A stretch of 64,000 nucleotides of DNA from the NCBI RefSeq assembly GCF_009914755.1, contig NC_060926.1; one strand, 5' to 3'. The notes beneath the pieces are model-generated. The model was given only the letters and a program-made list of their open reading frames with translations, did not search any database and had not been told where the DNA came from. A program made the position numbers and the translations under genes. Source of the stretch: the human T2T-CHM13v2.0 reference genome, Homo sapiens. Position 1 is the stretch's first letter, and each line of letters opens with the position of its first letter. Of this stretch, positions 12,503 through 26,100 are shown one piece after another.

Positions 12503-13277
12503 AAAAGTGAAGAGTTTGCCCAAGTTTAGATAGCTAATAATAATTTTTATTAAATGATATTACAATATAATCTTCACTGGGTTTGTTTATAGATTTTTTT
12601 TACTAATGCATCAGTAGAACTACATGTACTTATTGATTGAGGTTTAAGCTACAATTTCAAGCAAACATGTGAAAATAAAGGCAATTCTTCTTGCTCTTTA
12701 GATCATTAATGTTTAGTCCTCAATACAGATTTCCACATTCCACTACTTCATTACTATACTACGTTTTTAACTAGAATTTTGAGGTCATATCCGCTGAGAA
12801 GTCTTTTTTCCCCTCTAGAATGGGTTGGGTTCCCTCCCAGGTGGGGTAGCCCTATCATCACTTTGGGCTTGCTCTGTGATCCTGTTTGTGACAATATCTT
12901 GGGATTGTCTATATAATTTTGATTCCCTAGTTAATTATAAGCTCTGTGAAGATTAAGACTGACTGGGCATTTTTTTCATCATTGTATCCCCAGTATTTAA
13001 AATAGTGTTTGCAAATATAAACAGGGATAAATAAGCATTTGCAGAAAAAGGAAGAAGGAAGGAAGCAGAGATGGAGGGAGGGACTCATATAGAAATTGAT
13101 ATGAAAAATGGAATAGCAAATGAATGATAAGGAATAAGAGATAGAAGCAGAACTAAATGTGAAGAATTGAAGAGTTACCTAATTCACAAATTTTAAAATT
13201 TCTAAATAAGTATGACAGAGCATAACACTATTCAGCAGAGTCTCCTGTCTTTGTCTTTGTTTGTCTACTTGCAGATG

Positions 13278-13897
13278 GTGGTGTTTGAGTCATGTGGCAG
13301 AAATGCTCCAAGATTTCTGCCTCCTGGTGTTCGCATCTTTGGGTAATTCCTTCCCATTGAGTGTGGCCAGAAGCTCCTGTGACTTGCTTCTAACCAATGA
13401 AATATGGCAAAGGTCATCAGGTGTCACTCTGTGATTATGTTACATTTATATAAGATTCTGTCTTGCTAGCAGACTGCTCTAGAGACTCCTTACCGGCTTG
13501 ATGAAGTTACAATAGCAGCTGTGTTAGGAAAGCCTGTGTGATGAGTAACTGCAGGTGGCCTTTGGGCACTGAGGGTGGCCTCTAGGAGCTGAGGGTAACC
13601 TCCAGTCAACACCCAGCAAGAAGCCAGAGCCCTCAGTCCTACAATTGCAAGGAAGTGAATTCTGCCAATAATCTGAATGAGATTATTATTCGAAGCAGAT
13701 TCCTCCTTAGTTAAGCCTCCAGATGAGAACTCAGCCCAGTTGACATCTGGTTTAAAGACTGGTGAGACAATAAGTAAAGGACTCAACTAAGCCATGCCCA
13801 GTCTCCTGACTCACAGAAAGTGTGAGATAATAAAAGTGTTTGGTTTTAAGATAATAAGTTTGGGGGTAATTTATTAAACAGCAAAGGTAAGTAATAC
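13278..13897 (+). mobile_element. MLT1E/F-like solo LTR
   Basis: CCCATTGAGTGTGG..GTGACTTGCTTCTAACCAAT, GAAGTGAATTCTGCCAA, and end CAGCAAAGGTAAGTAATACA. Confidence 0.75.
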
Positions 13898-13934
13898 AAG
13901 GTGTTTGGTTATAAATAAGCTATAAAACTAGCTG

Positions 13935-14148
13935 AGAGAAAGAGAGAAGGAAGGAAGGAAGCAAGGAAGGAAGGAAGAAAGGAAGGAAGGAAGGAGAAAG
14001 AAAGAAAGAGAAAGAAGGAAGGAAGGAAGGAAAGAAAGAAAGAAAAGAAAGGAGAAAGAAAGAAAGGAGAAAGAAAGAGAAAGAAAAGAAAAGAAATGAA
14101 GAAAGGAAGAGAGAGAAAGAAGGAAGGAGAAAGACAAGATGGAAGGAA
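13935..14148 (+). repeat. Polypurine (GGAA/GAAA)n low-complexity tract
   Basis: About 210 bp that are almost purely A/G. Confidence 0.95.
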
Positions 14149-14627
14149 TATGGCCTTAGTTAAATTGTATGGATTTTTTTTTTAGGTTTAATTTGGTGAT
14201 TTTCAAATCAGTACAGAAAACATCTGAAGAAATTACAAGATTTTAAGAAAATGACAAACATCAGCAATTTACCAAGGCTTCAAGGGAATATAAGAAATCT
14301 GATAACTCATCACCACTAAGGCAAATTTGTGTGAGTGAATTCTATGAATACATAGGACTGGACAAGATCTTAAGAAGACAGATGGTCTATACTCATCTTC
14401 AGGTAAGGCTTTTCCTAAATACTTCCAAACAATGATGATGATGATGGTGACATCAATACTGTGAGCTTTTATTTACTGAGTTCCTCATATATGCATATCA
14501 TACAGAATAGGAAGAAACTAATTTTTATGGAACACCTGCAGTTGTCCATGTGCTATACTGCAAACTTTATATAAGTCATCTTATAGAAAATAGCAAGCCC
14601 TTACAATAAGTCCCAATTATTTCCCCC

Positions 14628-14632
<5 letters not shown>

Positions 14633-14662
<30 letters not shown>
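14633..14662 (+). repeat. (CA)n microsatellite
   Basis: About 15 CA units, inside a MIR-like segment. Confidence 0.95.
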
Positions 14663-14664
<2 letters not shown>

Positions 14665-14929
14665 CCAGCCAGAGACACACAAAGAAAAAGTATCTTGCTC
14701 TAATTCACCCAACAATTAAGTTGTAAAACTATGATTCAAACCCATATTTAATAGTCCTCACGATCTGAAAAATTTCCCAAGTAATCTAATTTCCAACTTC
14801 TAGGCCATCTTCTAAGCCAAAAGATGCTAGATAGGTAACCATCCTAATTTTTTCCAATCACTTTACATTAAAAAAAATGTGAATAGGCTATAAGGTAAAA
14901 CAAATTTAAATATTTGGAAAAGATTTGAA

Positions 14930-15960
<1,031 letters not shown>

Positions 15961-17225
15961 ATCCCCAAAGACAACTAAAAATGTTGTGGAATGAAGCTCT
16001 ATTGTTACTGGCTAAAGAGCTTATGCTGACCTTGGATATTTGAATTTACAAAAGTATGTACCCAACATTTTATTGGGAAAGGAAGCCACACCAGGAAAAT
16101 GTGGTCTGAAATTCTGTAGGGAGCAGAGGAAAATTTTTTCTAAAGATAAAGTAATTAATTTCTTAGATTTGTACTTGGAGAAAACATGATGGCAAATATT
16201 TTGGCCAGTGTTAGAATTTGTTCATTAGTCTTATCTTAATGGAAGAGAATCTGTTTGCCTTTGAGCAGAACAGTCTTGTGGTAGATTGTTACTCTATGTA
16301 TAAATAGCAAAAAGAGTCCTTCAGCCTGAGTTCCACTGTCAATCCCGCTCATTCACTCACCAATCAAGGGCTTTGTGACCTGCACACACAGGTTCCTGTG
16401 AACACCTTGCTCTGCAAGGCAGAATGCATCAATAGGATTGTTCTTTTGTCCTGGTCAACCTGATTTCATAAGGAAGAAAATACTAGGAAAAGCTAATATA
16501 ATCCTCCTCCAAATAATCACACAACTTTAACATTTTTAGACATAGGGTCCAGAACACATTTTCAATCCAGTGTTTCAGGAAGTTAGAAATGATACATTAA
16601 TAAATGAGTAAATAAGTAAACCAAAAAATGAAAACAAGCAAAACAAAACAGAAAACCTAAGATACACGTCTTTACCTTAAATACAATATTTACCCTTGGC
16701 TACAAATTTGAGGTAATATGTCCTACAATAAATGTTATAATTTGGCTGAAAGTGATTTTATCCATTTTGATAAGATAGATGAAAGATAAAGAAAAAATAG
16801 GCTAAATAAGAAATAACTTCATTTATCTACACTTTTTAAGAATTACGGTTTATCTTATGTGATTCATCACTTAACCTGATGACTACTTTTTGTTAGTTAA
16901 TTTCCCATTTTAAAAAAACCTAAATGTTTTCAGTAGAATTATTTATTGTTTGCAGTGATTAGAAACTAACTATATAGTTTTGGCACAGAATATCCAAGTA
17001 TCCATAACAATTAATGTGCTATAACAGTAATGTCTGCAAGGGTCACTGGAATGCGAGGACTTGGCATGATGCAAATAGCCCTGAACTTCCACATGTTTAC
17101 AAATTCTATTTGCCTCTTCTTGGTACATTTTCTCTCTGTTTTCTTTTACTTCTTTTTACCATGATTTTTTTTAGATGTTACACCCTCCCTTGGCCATCCT
17201 CATGCCTACCATGGTCATATCTTTT

Positions 17226-17227
<2 letters not shown>

Positions 17228-17280
<53 letters not shown>

Positions 17281-17375
17281 ATATATCTATCTATATATAT
17301 GTAAAATGTATGCTTTTATATATATATATAATATGAATGCATATATCTATCTATATATGTATATATCCATATATA
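17228..17375 (+). repeat. (TG)n microsatellite followed by a (TA)-rich tract
   Basis: About 26 TG units, then TA/TCTA repeats. Confidence 0.95.
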
Positions 17376-18202
17376 AAAGTCCATGGGTTTTGTGACAACC
17401 ATGTAGAGAAGTTACTTGCTGTTTACTTTAGGGTATGTGTACCAACCTCAATTATCCAGGGGAAGTTCTAAAAACTTTGTGGTACCCAGAGTAGGGAATC
17501 CTTTCTGTTCAAAATTATTTTAAATACATTGTCACGGTTTTTATTTGGATTTATCTGCCTACTAATAGATATATGTGTTCCATCTGGGGTTGATAGTTCA
17601 TTTCTTTCTATAAGGTGATCAACCAAAAGCAACAGATAGAATTTTAGTAGTACCTGTTTTATTTTGCAGCTCCTGAATTTTACCAATGAGTTAAAAAAAA
17701 GGTGTTTTTTTTTCCCTTTGGCTAACTCCAAAATATTCAGAGGCTGACAAAATCTGAATCTTATTTAGTTCTTGTTATAGCAACAGCAAAATTTAGCATT
17801 GGAATGCACAAACATTTCTTCATCTGAAGAGGTATGAATAACTTCTCAGCCTCTTTTGTCATTAGAATGCTACTCTCCAGTTGCAAAGAGTAAACCTCGT
17901 GAATGGGGCTATGTCTCCACACTTAGCAGTGGAATTGTAATAAAATTACAGTAACCACCTTTTTGTTAGAAGTTCTCTGAAGTTGAGCTATTAACATAAC
18001 CAACAGTACCTAAAGTGTGACCTGCAAACAGAGCTTTTCAAACACCAAATACAATGCCCTATTCATGGTCGATACTCTATAAATAGCAGATCATCATTTC
18101 CCTTCCCTTAATCCTTAGAATAGCCTTAACTAGTAAATACTGTTATCTGATTTTTAAGAATAATAATAAAAAAAAGAAGATGTATCTGGCTATCCAAGCT
18201 GG

Positions 18203-21198
18203 TTACACAAACTCAGTGGCAAAACTATTTCTGAATTGGTCTATATTCTCTCAATTTAAGAGCCTCCCAGCATCGACCATCATGCCTCTTTGCAAAAGTG
18301 CAATTGTTAAAGAAAGATTGGGTGGTTTGGGCCCTGCACCATGGGATGCACCAACAATTTCATCAAATGACCCTCAGAACAGCCTGAATGTCACATGAAT
18401 AATTTTCAACATGTAAGCACAGAGGGCACACAAGGATAGCAACACTTAAAAGCTCAAAAAAGCATGAATTGCAATATGCTGGGCTCCTATAATCACACAT
18501 AATCCAATAATGTCTTAAATCAGTATTAAAACAAATATTTTTTTCAAGGGTTCACAGGTTATTTTCATGAAAAGAATTTTAAAAATGAGAAAATTATCTT
18601 CTAATTTGTGCCTTTATTTCTTTAATATTATTAAGTAATAATATACTGTCAACCCTGATGTCATACTGAGAAAATATTTCTGTGTAAATCTAACATCTTC
18701 ATTATACTCTCAAGCCACAAATAACATTATATCACAAATTTACATGTAATAGATAGTTTCCCCAAAAAGAATTTCATTCCTTAAAAAGTGACAAAGTTTT
18801 AGTTGTATTTCTGAATAGTAACATTCAGATAAAGATCACCAACAAGTGATAGGTGGCAATTTTCAATGAAGAAAACTATTGAAAATAATCAAGTTTACCA
18901 GTGGAAGAAATAAAATAATCTACTCTTGATGTATTCTGTGATATTATAAAAACTTTTCAGTGATGGCAAATGTAAAAAGAAATATAAACATACATATATT
19001 TTTTTTCTGATATACATATAAATGAGAAGAAATATAATGGCAACTACAATTTTAATGTAGTTTTTACCTTGATTTAAGAATGTCCAGTGGAAAGATACTT
19101 TTAAAGCATAATGCAACAATAATTAAAACATGTACAATTCATGAAACTTAATATCATTCTTATACTTTCCACCTTAAAGGTCAGAAGTGAATCCATGTTA
19201 TAATAATTCCTTTTGTAATTTATCTCAATTTAGTAGCACACGTGTGAGGTTAACTTATCTGCAACTTTCCTTTAATATTCTAGGACTTAAAAGTTCTTCC
19301 AGGGTTTTAAAAATATTTCTATTTTCTTCCCCTTTATGTATAGGAGGAGTTAGTTGTTTTAAAAAAAACAAAACAAATACCTGTGAAATGTGAATGGGCA
19401 TTGGTTAAGCATTATATTGGTTTAAATTAGGAGGAGATCAAGGAGAAAATACTCACAAACAGATAATTGTCATCCAGACTCTTCAATTAGTTACATTTTC
19501 TTTCTTTTTTCTTCTTAATGAATGAGAGGCAAATAAATCTTTGGCATTCCCAGTGCCTCTGAAGTGTAAACTCCACCAGATCATCTAGATGCACAACTGT
19601 CCGACAACATTATAATAAAGGCAGTAAATAAATTTGTTCAAAATACCAGCCGAAATGCCTGAGGTTTCGTCAGTGGCCATGGTTGAAGCTCATCATGATT
19701 TGGACAGTGCAGCCGAAACCTCGAAGACTTATACACCGAGCAACAATGAAGATACTGTATAATCAACTAGGATTACAGAGGAAAAAGCACAAAGTGCTTT
19801 CAGTCCATAAAAGAAGTGATTATCACGAGGAAAGAGAAGTGACTGTTGGATTTAAAAGGCATACAGAGAGAGAGAGAGAGGAAAAAAAATATATATTATA
19901 TATATAAAATGTCACCACCCTACCCCCAGAAGATGTTGAAATCACAAAGAACAATTTTCAAAGGAAATATAATAAGCTTACAGATGAAAAACCACTTACA
20001 CAAACCATTTTCAGCTGTACACTTTGTTAAATGATCTGCAAAATTAGAAAAAGAAACTGAATCGTTGTTGAGGTACATTATCTAAAGGGTACACGGTATC
20101 CAGAAATTCTGTTGCCTCTTTCATCTGAGTCAATGTGAGGTTTGCATTAGTAAAAATTGTGTATTTAAAAAAAAGAAAACAAAAAAAGAAGAAAGCTAGA
20201 GAACTAGTATCAAGCCAAGAAACAAAAGGTAGTCAACAATGTTCTTTTCTCAATGCAGAGAGGGCTTATTGAAATATAAGCAAGAACCTTTTTTTCCTTC
20301 AGCTAGTATATATGAGTTAAAATTTTCCAGTTCTTCTGAAAAAGGTCATTTCTATAAATGATGCATTTTAAATACCATTTAATAGCTGTTATTGAAATTT
20401 GGCTCATGAAAAAACTACAGTTATATTTTTTTGTGTGTAATCTGGCAAAAATGTCACTATACATGTCAGCTAATTGTGTAATATCTTGCTGCTGTTTTGT
20501 TTCCTGTGCACTTCCATCAACAATTTCAGCTTATAACAGTGATTCTTTTCCTTTTGCATCTCAATATACCTGATATAAACTTTTTCTCCCATCAATAATA
20601 GTGATTCATGACAGTAATCATGAAATCTTTCATAGGAGACAATGTTGTTAGAATCTGTCTCTAGGGGAAAGTTGAGAAGGGATTGCATAGTTCAGCATTT
20701 TCCTCAGGAGATTCGGATGTGACCCCTAGAGGTTATAAACCGTACCACCTTTTGAGAATCACTGATCTTCCTAGGGGTTATAAACTACCTTCCCTTTTGA
20801 GAATTACTGATTTCTGAATGAAGACAAAGAATTTATAGTTTTTCTTTAAGCCAAATTAACATACTTCTAGAACACAGTGTATAGATGCTAGACACATCAT
20901 GGGCATTCACTTACATTTGATAGAGCTTGCACTTTGATTTTTTTTTTTTCTGGTAGCAATAAAAGATTTATGCCCATTCACCAGCTTAGTTGTGATCACC
21001 ATGTAAGAAGGTTGTCTGGGGTTAAGGTACTAGATAGGCCATTGGATAGAACAAAATTTCACTTTGGCTTATTTGCTTAGCAATTCCAACCAAAGCTAAT
21101 GAGCTGTAGATCAAAGCAATTTGTTGACAATATTAATGGCAGTCTCAGGTCTAAGTAAATTATCTGACCTTTCACTCCGTTACTTGGCTGTCAGGAAG
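18203..21198 (-). pseudogene. Putative unprocessed (unitary) pseudogene with 5 decayed exons; possible DEDDh-type exonuclease
   Basis: Exon-like blocks at 20982-21198, 20376-20660, 19457-19754, 19166-19380 and 18203-18383, bounded by AG/GT. The last three junctions are phase-matched (TG|T, TTT|GTA across a 76-nt GTGAGT...CAG intron, AA|G). Contains several in-frame stops and a few frameshifts. Confidence 0.55.
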
Positions 21199-21624
21199 CT
21201 GAAAGGAAGAGTTCAAGCCTAGTCTTGGTTGTGACTACATTTGCTAGCACCTGAAATAATGAGTTTTGGTAGCCACACGATTTTTTTTTGTAATTAATAT
21301 ATACTATTTGTACACTTTTATGCAGTACATGTGGTATTTTGTTACATGCATAGAATGTGTGATGATCAAGTCAGAGTATTTAGGGTGTCCAGCACCTTGA
21401 GTATTTGTCATTTTTATGTGTTGAGAACATTTCTAGCCCTCTCTTCTAGTTATTTTGATATATATACAATACACTGCTGCTAACTATAGACATCCTACTC
21501 TGCTATCAAACATTAGAACTTATTCCTTCTACTTAACTGTATGTTTGTACCAATTTATGCCCATCCATTCCTCTACCCACCCACACACACACATTCTTGC
21601 CAATTGGTAACTATTACTTTTAAC

Positions 21625-21672
21625 ATTACTTTTAAATGGCAAAAACTGCAATTACTTTTGTACCAACCTAAT
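21625..21672. mobile_element. MADE1 (mariner MITE) half element inside L1
   Basis: ATTACTTTTAAATGGCAAAAACTGCAATTACTTTTGTACCAACCTAATA matches one MADE1 arm. Confidence 0.8.
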
Positions 21673-22814
21673 ATTTCACTCTGTACTTCTATGAGATCCA
21701 CTTTTTTAGCTCCGACATACAAGTGAGAACATGCAATATTTGTTTTCTGTGCTTGGCTTATTTCACTTAATATGGTGACCTCCAGTTCCATCCATGTTGC
21801 TGCAAATGACCAGATTTCATTCTTTCTTAATGAAAGGTGAATAGTATTACATTGTGTGTATATACAAATTTTCTTTATCCAATCATCCAATAGTGGACAC
21901 TCAGGTTGATTCTATATCTTTGCTTTTGTGAATAGTGCTGCAATAAACATGTGAGTGCAGGTATCCCTTTGATATGATTTCCTTTCTTATGGATAAATAC
22001 ACAGCAATGGGATTGCTGGATAGTATGATTTTTGAGAAATCTCCATGTTATTTTTCATAGTGGCTATACTAATTTACATTCCCATCAACAGTGTATAAGA
22101 GCTCCTTTTTCTCTGCATCCTCACCAACATCTGTTTTTTTTTAATTCTTATTAATAGTCCATCTAACTGGGGTAAGATGATATCTCATTGTGGTTTTGAT
22201 TTGCATTTCGCTGATGATTAGAAATACTGAGCATTTTAAAAATATAACTGTTGGCCATTTGTATGTCTTCTTTAGAGAAATGTCTATTTATGTACTTTGC
22301 CCATATTTTAGTAGGATTATTAAGTTTTTTTTGGCTGTTGAACTGTTTGAGTTCCTTGCATATTCTGGATATTAGTTTCTATCAGATGAATAATTTGCAA
22401 ATATTTTATCCTATTCAACAGGTTGTCTCTTCACTCTATTGATGATCTCCTTTGCTGTGCAGAAGATTTTTAGTTTAACATAGTCCCATCTCCATTCTTG
22501 TATTTGTTGCCTGCACTTTTGAGATCTTAGCCATAAAATCTATGCCTAGGCCAATATCCTGTGGTGTTTCCTCTATGTTTTCTCCTAGCAGTTTTATAGT
22601 TTTGGGTCTTATGTTTAGGACTTTAATCCATTTTGAATTGATATTTTTATATGATGAGAGATAGCTGTCTAGTTTTATTCTTCTGCATATGAAGATCCAG
22701 TTTTACCAGCACCACGTATTGGAGTGGATATCCTTTCCCCAATGTGTGTTCTTGGAGCCTTTGTTGAAAATCAGTTGGCTATAAAAATGTGGGTTTATTT
22801 CTGGGTTCTCTATT

Positions 22815-23104
22815 TTTTGTTTTTTTGTTTGTTTTTGTTTTTGAGACAAAGTTTTGCTCTGTCGCACAATCATGTTTCACTGCAGCCTCAACCTCCTGGG
22901 CCCAAGCAATCCTCCTGCCCCAACCTCCCAAGTAGCTGAGATTACAGAAGCAGACTACATGCCTGGCTATTTTTTTTTTTTTTTTTTAGACCTGGGGTCT
23001 TGCCATGTTGCCCAGACTGTTTTTGAGCTCCTGGCCTCAAGCAATCCTCCCACCTTGGCCTCCCAAAATGCTGGGATTACAGGTGTGAGCTACCATGCCT
23101 AACC
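22815..23104 (-). mobile_element. AluJ-like inserted in L1
   Basis: Reverse Alu flanked by TSD TGGGTTCTCTATTT. Confidence 0.9.
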
Positions 23105-26100
23105 TTGGGTTCTCTATTTGTTCCATTGGCCTGTGTCTGTTTTTGTACCAATACCATGCTGTTTTGATTACTATAGCCTTGTAATATATTTTGAAGTCAG
23201 GTAGTGTGATACGTCCAGCTTTGCTTTTTTTTCTCAGTATTGCTTTGGCCATTAGAGCTGTTTTTTTGATCTGTAACAATTTTAGAGTTGTTTTTTTCTA
23301 TTCTAGTGAAAAATAACATTGATATCTTAATAGGGATTGCATTGAATCTGTAAATTGATTTGGGTTGCATGGTCATTTTAACAATATTAATTCTTCCAAT
23401 CCATGAGCATGAGGTGACTTTCCATTTGTTTTGTGTCCTCTCTAATTTCTTTCACCAGTATTTTGTAGTTTTTCTTATAGAGATCTTTCACATCTTTGAT
23501 TAAATTTATTCCTGGATTTAGTTTATTGTAAATGGGATTTATTGTAACTGGGATTGCCTGCTTGATTTCTTTTTCGGCTGTATCATTACTGATATGTAAA
23601 GATGCTACTGATTTTTTTTATGTTGACTTTGTATCTTGCAACTTTACTAAATTTACTTATCATATCTAACAGTTTTATGTTATCAGCAAAGAGGATCAAT
23701 TTGATTTCCTCCTTTCCAATTTGGAAGCCTTTTCTTTCTTTTCTTTGCCTGATTGCTCTGGCTAAGACTTCCAGTACTATGCTGAATATGAGTGATGAAA
23801 GTGGGCATCCTTGTTTTGTTCCAGTTCTTTGAGGAAATGCTTGCAGTCTTTCCCCATTTATTATGATGTTAATTGAGGGTTTGTTATTTATAGACTTTAT
23901 TATGTTCAGATATGCTTCCGGTATGCCTAGTTTGTTGAGAGTTTTTATTATGAAGGATCGTTGGACTTTATCAAATGTTTTTTCTGCATTTATTGAGGTT
24001 ATCACATGGTTTTTGTCCTTCATTCTGGTGGTGTGCTGTGTCACATTTATTGATTTGCATACATTGAACCACCATTGCATCTCTGGGATAAATCCCACTT
24101 GTATTATATTTTTGAAGTGCTACTGGATTTGGTTTGCTAGTATTTTGTTGAAGATTTTTGCATTTATATTCACCATGTATAGTGATGTGTAGTTTTCTTT
24201 TTTTGTTGTGCCCTTGTCTGGTTTGTGTATCAGAGTAATGCTGGCCTTGTAAAATGAGTTGGGAAGAATTCCCTCCTCTTCAATTTCTTGGAATATTTTG
24301 ATAACAATTAGTGTTAATTCTTCTGTGTAAGTTTGGTAGAATTTGGCAGTGAAGCCATCTGGTTCTGGACTTTTTTTTGTTAAGAGACTTTTTGTTACTG
24401 ATTCAATCTTGTTATTTGTTATTAGTCTTCTCAGGTTTTCTATTTATTCCTGATTCATTGTTGGTAGGTTATATATGTCCAGGAATTCATCCATTTCCTC
24501 TATGTTTTTCAGTCTGTTGTATAGGTGTTCATAATAGTATCTGATGGTATTCTGTGTTCTTGTGGTATCAGCTGTAATGTTGCCTTTTTCATTTCTGATT
24601 GTGTTTATTTGCGAATTCTTTTCTTGGCTGGGTTGGTTAGCAGTTTATTCATTTTATTTATCTTTTAGAAAAATCAGCTTATCATTTTGTTGATCCTTTG
24701 TCTTACTTCTTTTGTCTTTATTTCATTTAGTTTTGCCCCTATCTTTATTATTTCTTTTCTTCTGCTGATTTCGAGTTTGGTTTGTTCTCGCTTTTCTAGT
24801 TCCCCTAAGTATATTATTGGTTTGTTAATTTGTTATTTTTTTACTTTATTGATATAGGCATTTATTGCTATAAACTTCCCTCTTAGCACTGCTTTTGCTA
24901 TATCCCACAGGTTTTGGTATGTTGTGTTTCCATTTTTTGTTTCAAAAATTTCTTTTTTAATTTCCTTCTTAATTTTTTCATTCACCCAATGGTTGCTGAG
25001 AGCATATTAATTTTCATATATTTGTACAGTTTCCAAAGTTCCTCTTGTTACTGATTTCTAGTTTTATTCCACCATGGTCTAAGAAGATGCTGAGTATGAT
25101 TTCAATTTTTAAGAATTTATTGGGACTTGTTTTGTAGCCTAACTTATGGTCTTTTTTGGAGAATGTCTCATGTGCTGATGAGAAGAACGTGTATCTACTG
25201 TTGTTGAATAAAATGTTCTGTTGATGTTGAATAGGTCCATTTGGTCTAAGTTGCAATTTAAATCCAATGTTTCTTTATTGATTCCTGTCTAGATCATTTG
25301 TCTAATGCTGATAATGGGGTGTTGAAGTCTAAAACTATTATTATATTGGAGTCTATCTCTGCCTTTAGGTCTAATAATATTTAATTTATATATACCAATG
25401 TTGGGTGATATATATTTAGAATTTTTAAATCTTCTTGCTGAATTGATCCCTTTATTGTGTTTTAATGACCTTTTTCTATCTATTTTTACTGTTTTTTGAC
25501 TTAAATTCTGTTTTATATGATATTGATATAAGTATAGCTACTTCTGCTTGTTTTTTTGTTTTCCATTTGTATGGAATGTCTTTTTCCATCCCTTTACTTT
25601 TAGTCTATATATGTCTTTACAGGTAAAATGAGTTTCTTATAGGTAGCATATAGTTGAGTCATGTTTTAAAAAAATCTATTATATTTAGCTAGTCTATACA
25701 TTTTAAGTGGAAAATTTAATTTGTTCACATTCAAGGTTATTATTGGTAAGTGTGGACTTATCCTTGTCATTTTGTTAATTATCTTCTGGTTGTTTTCTAT
25801 CTTTTTCCTTTCTTTTTTCCTTTCTTTCTTTCTCTTTTGTTGTTTATCATTGTGGTTTGGTGTTTCTCTGTAGTGATAACATTTGGGTTCTTTCTCTTCC
25901 TTATTTGTGGGTTTGCTTTACCAGTGAGTTTTATACTTTCATGTGTTTTCATGATGGTAGATATCATTCTTTTGTTTCCAGGTATAGAATGCCCTTGATC
26001 ATTTCTTGTAGGTCTGGTCTAGCAGTGATGAATTCCCTCAGTTTCTGCTTGTTTGGGAAAGATTTTATTTTTCTTTCATTTATGAAGGACAACTTTGCTG

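Noticed and set aside
11858-12529. ORFs with LECSG/AHCNL-type peptides (also near 29.8, 38.5, 43.3, 52.1 and 60.9 kb)
   Set aside because: They are Alu-derived translations.
13928-14137. 69-aa Phe/Ser/Leu-rich ORF
   Set aside because: It is the translation of the polypurine microsatellite.
17468-17731. 87-aa minus-strand ORF just downstream of the relic
   Set aside because: It lies beyond the relic's terminal stop, has no convincing splice context and no recognisable motif.
23586-24098. 170-aa reverse-transcriptase ORF
   Set aside because: It is a fragment of decayed L1 ORF2 with a broken FADD motif and deletions, not a gene.
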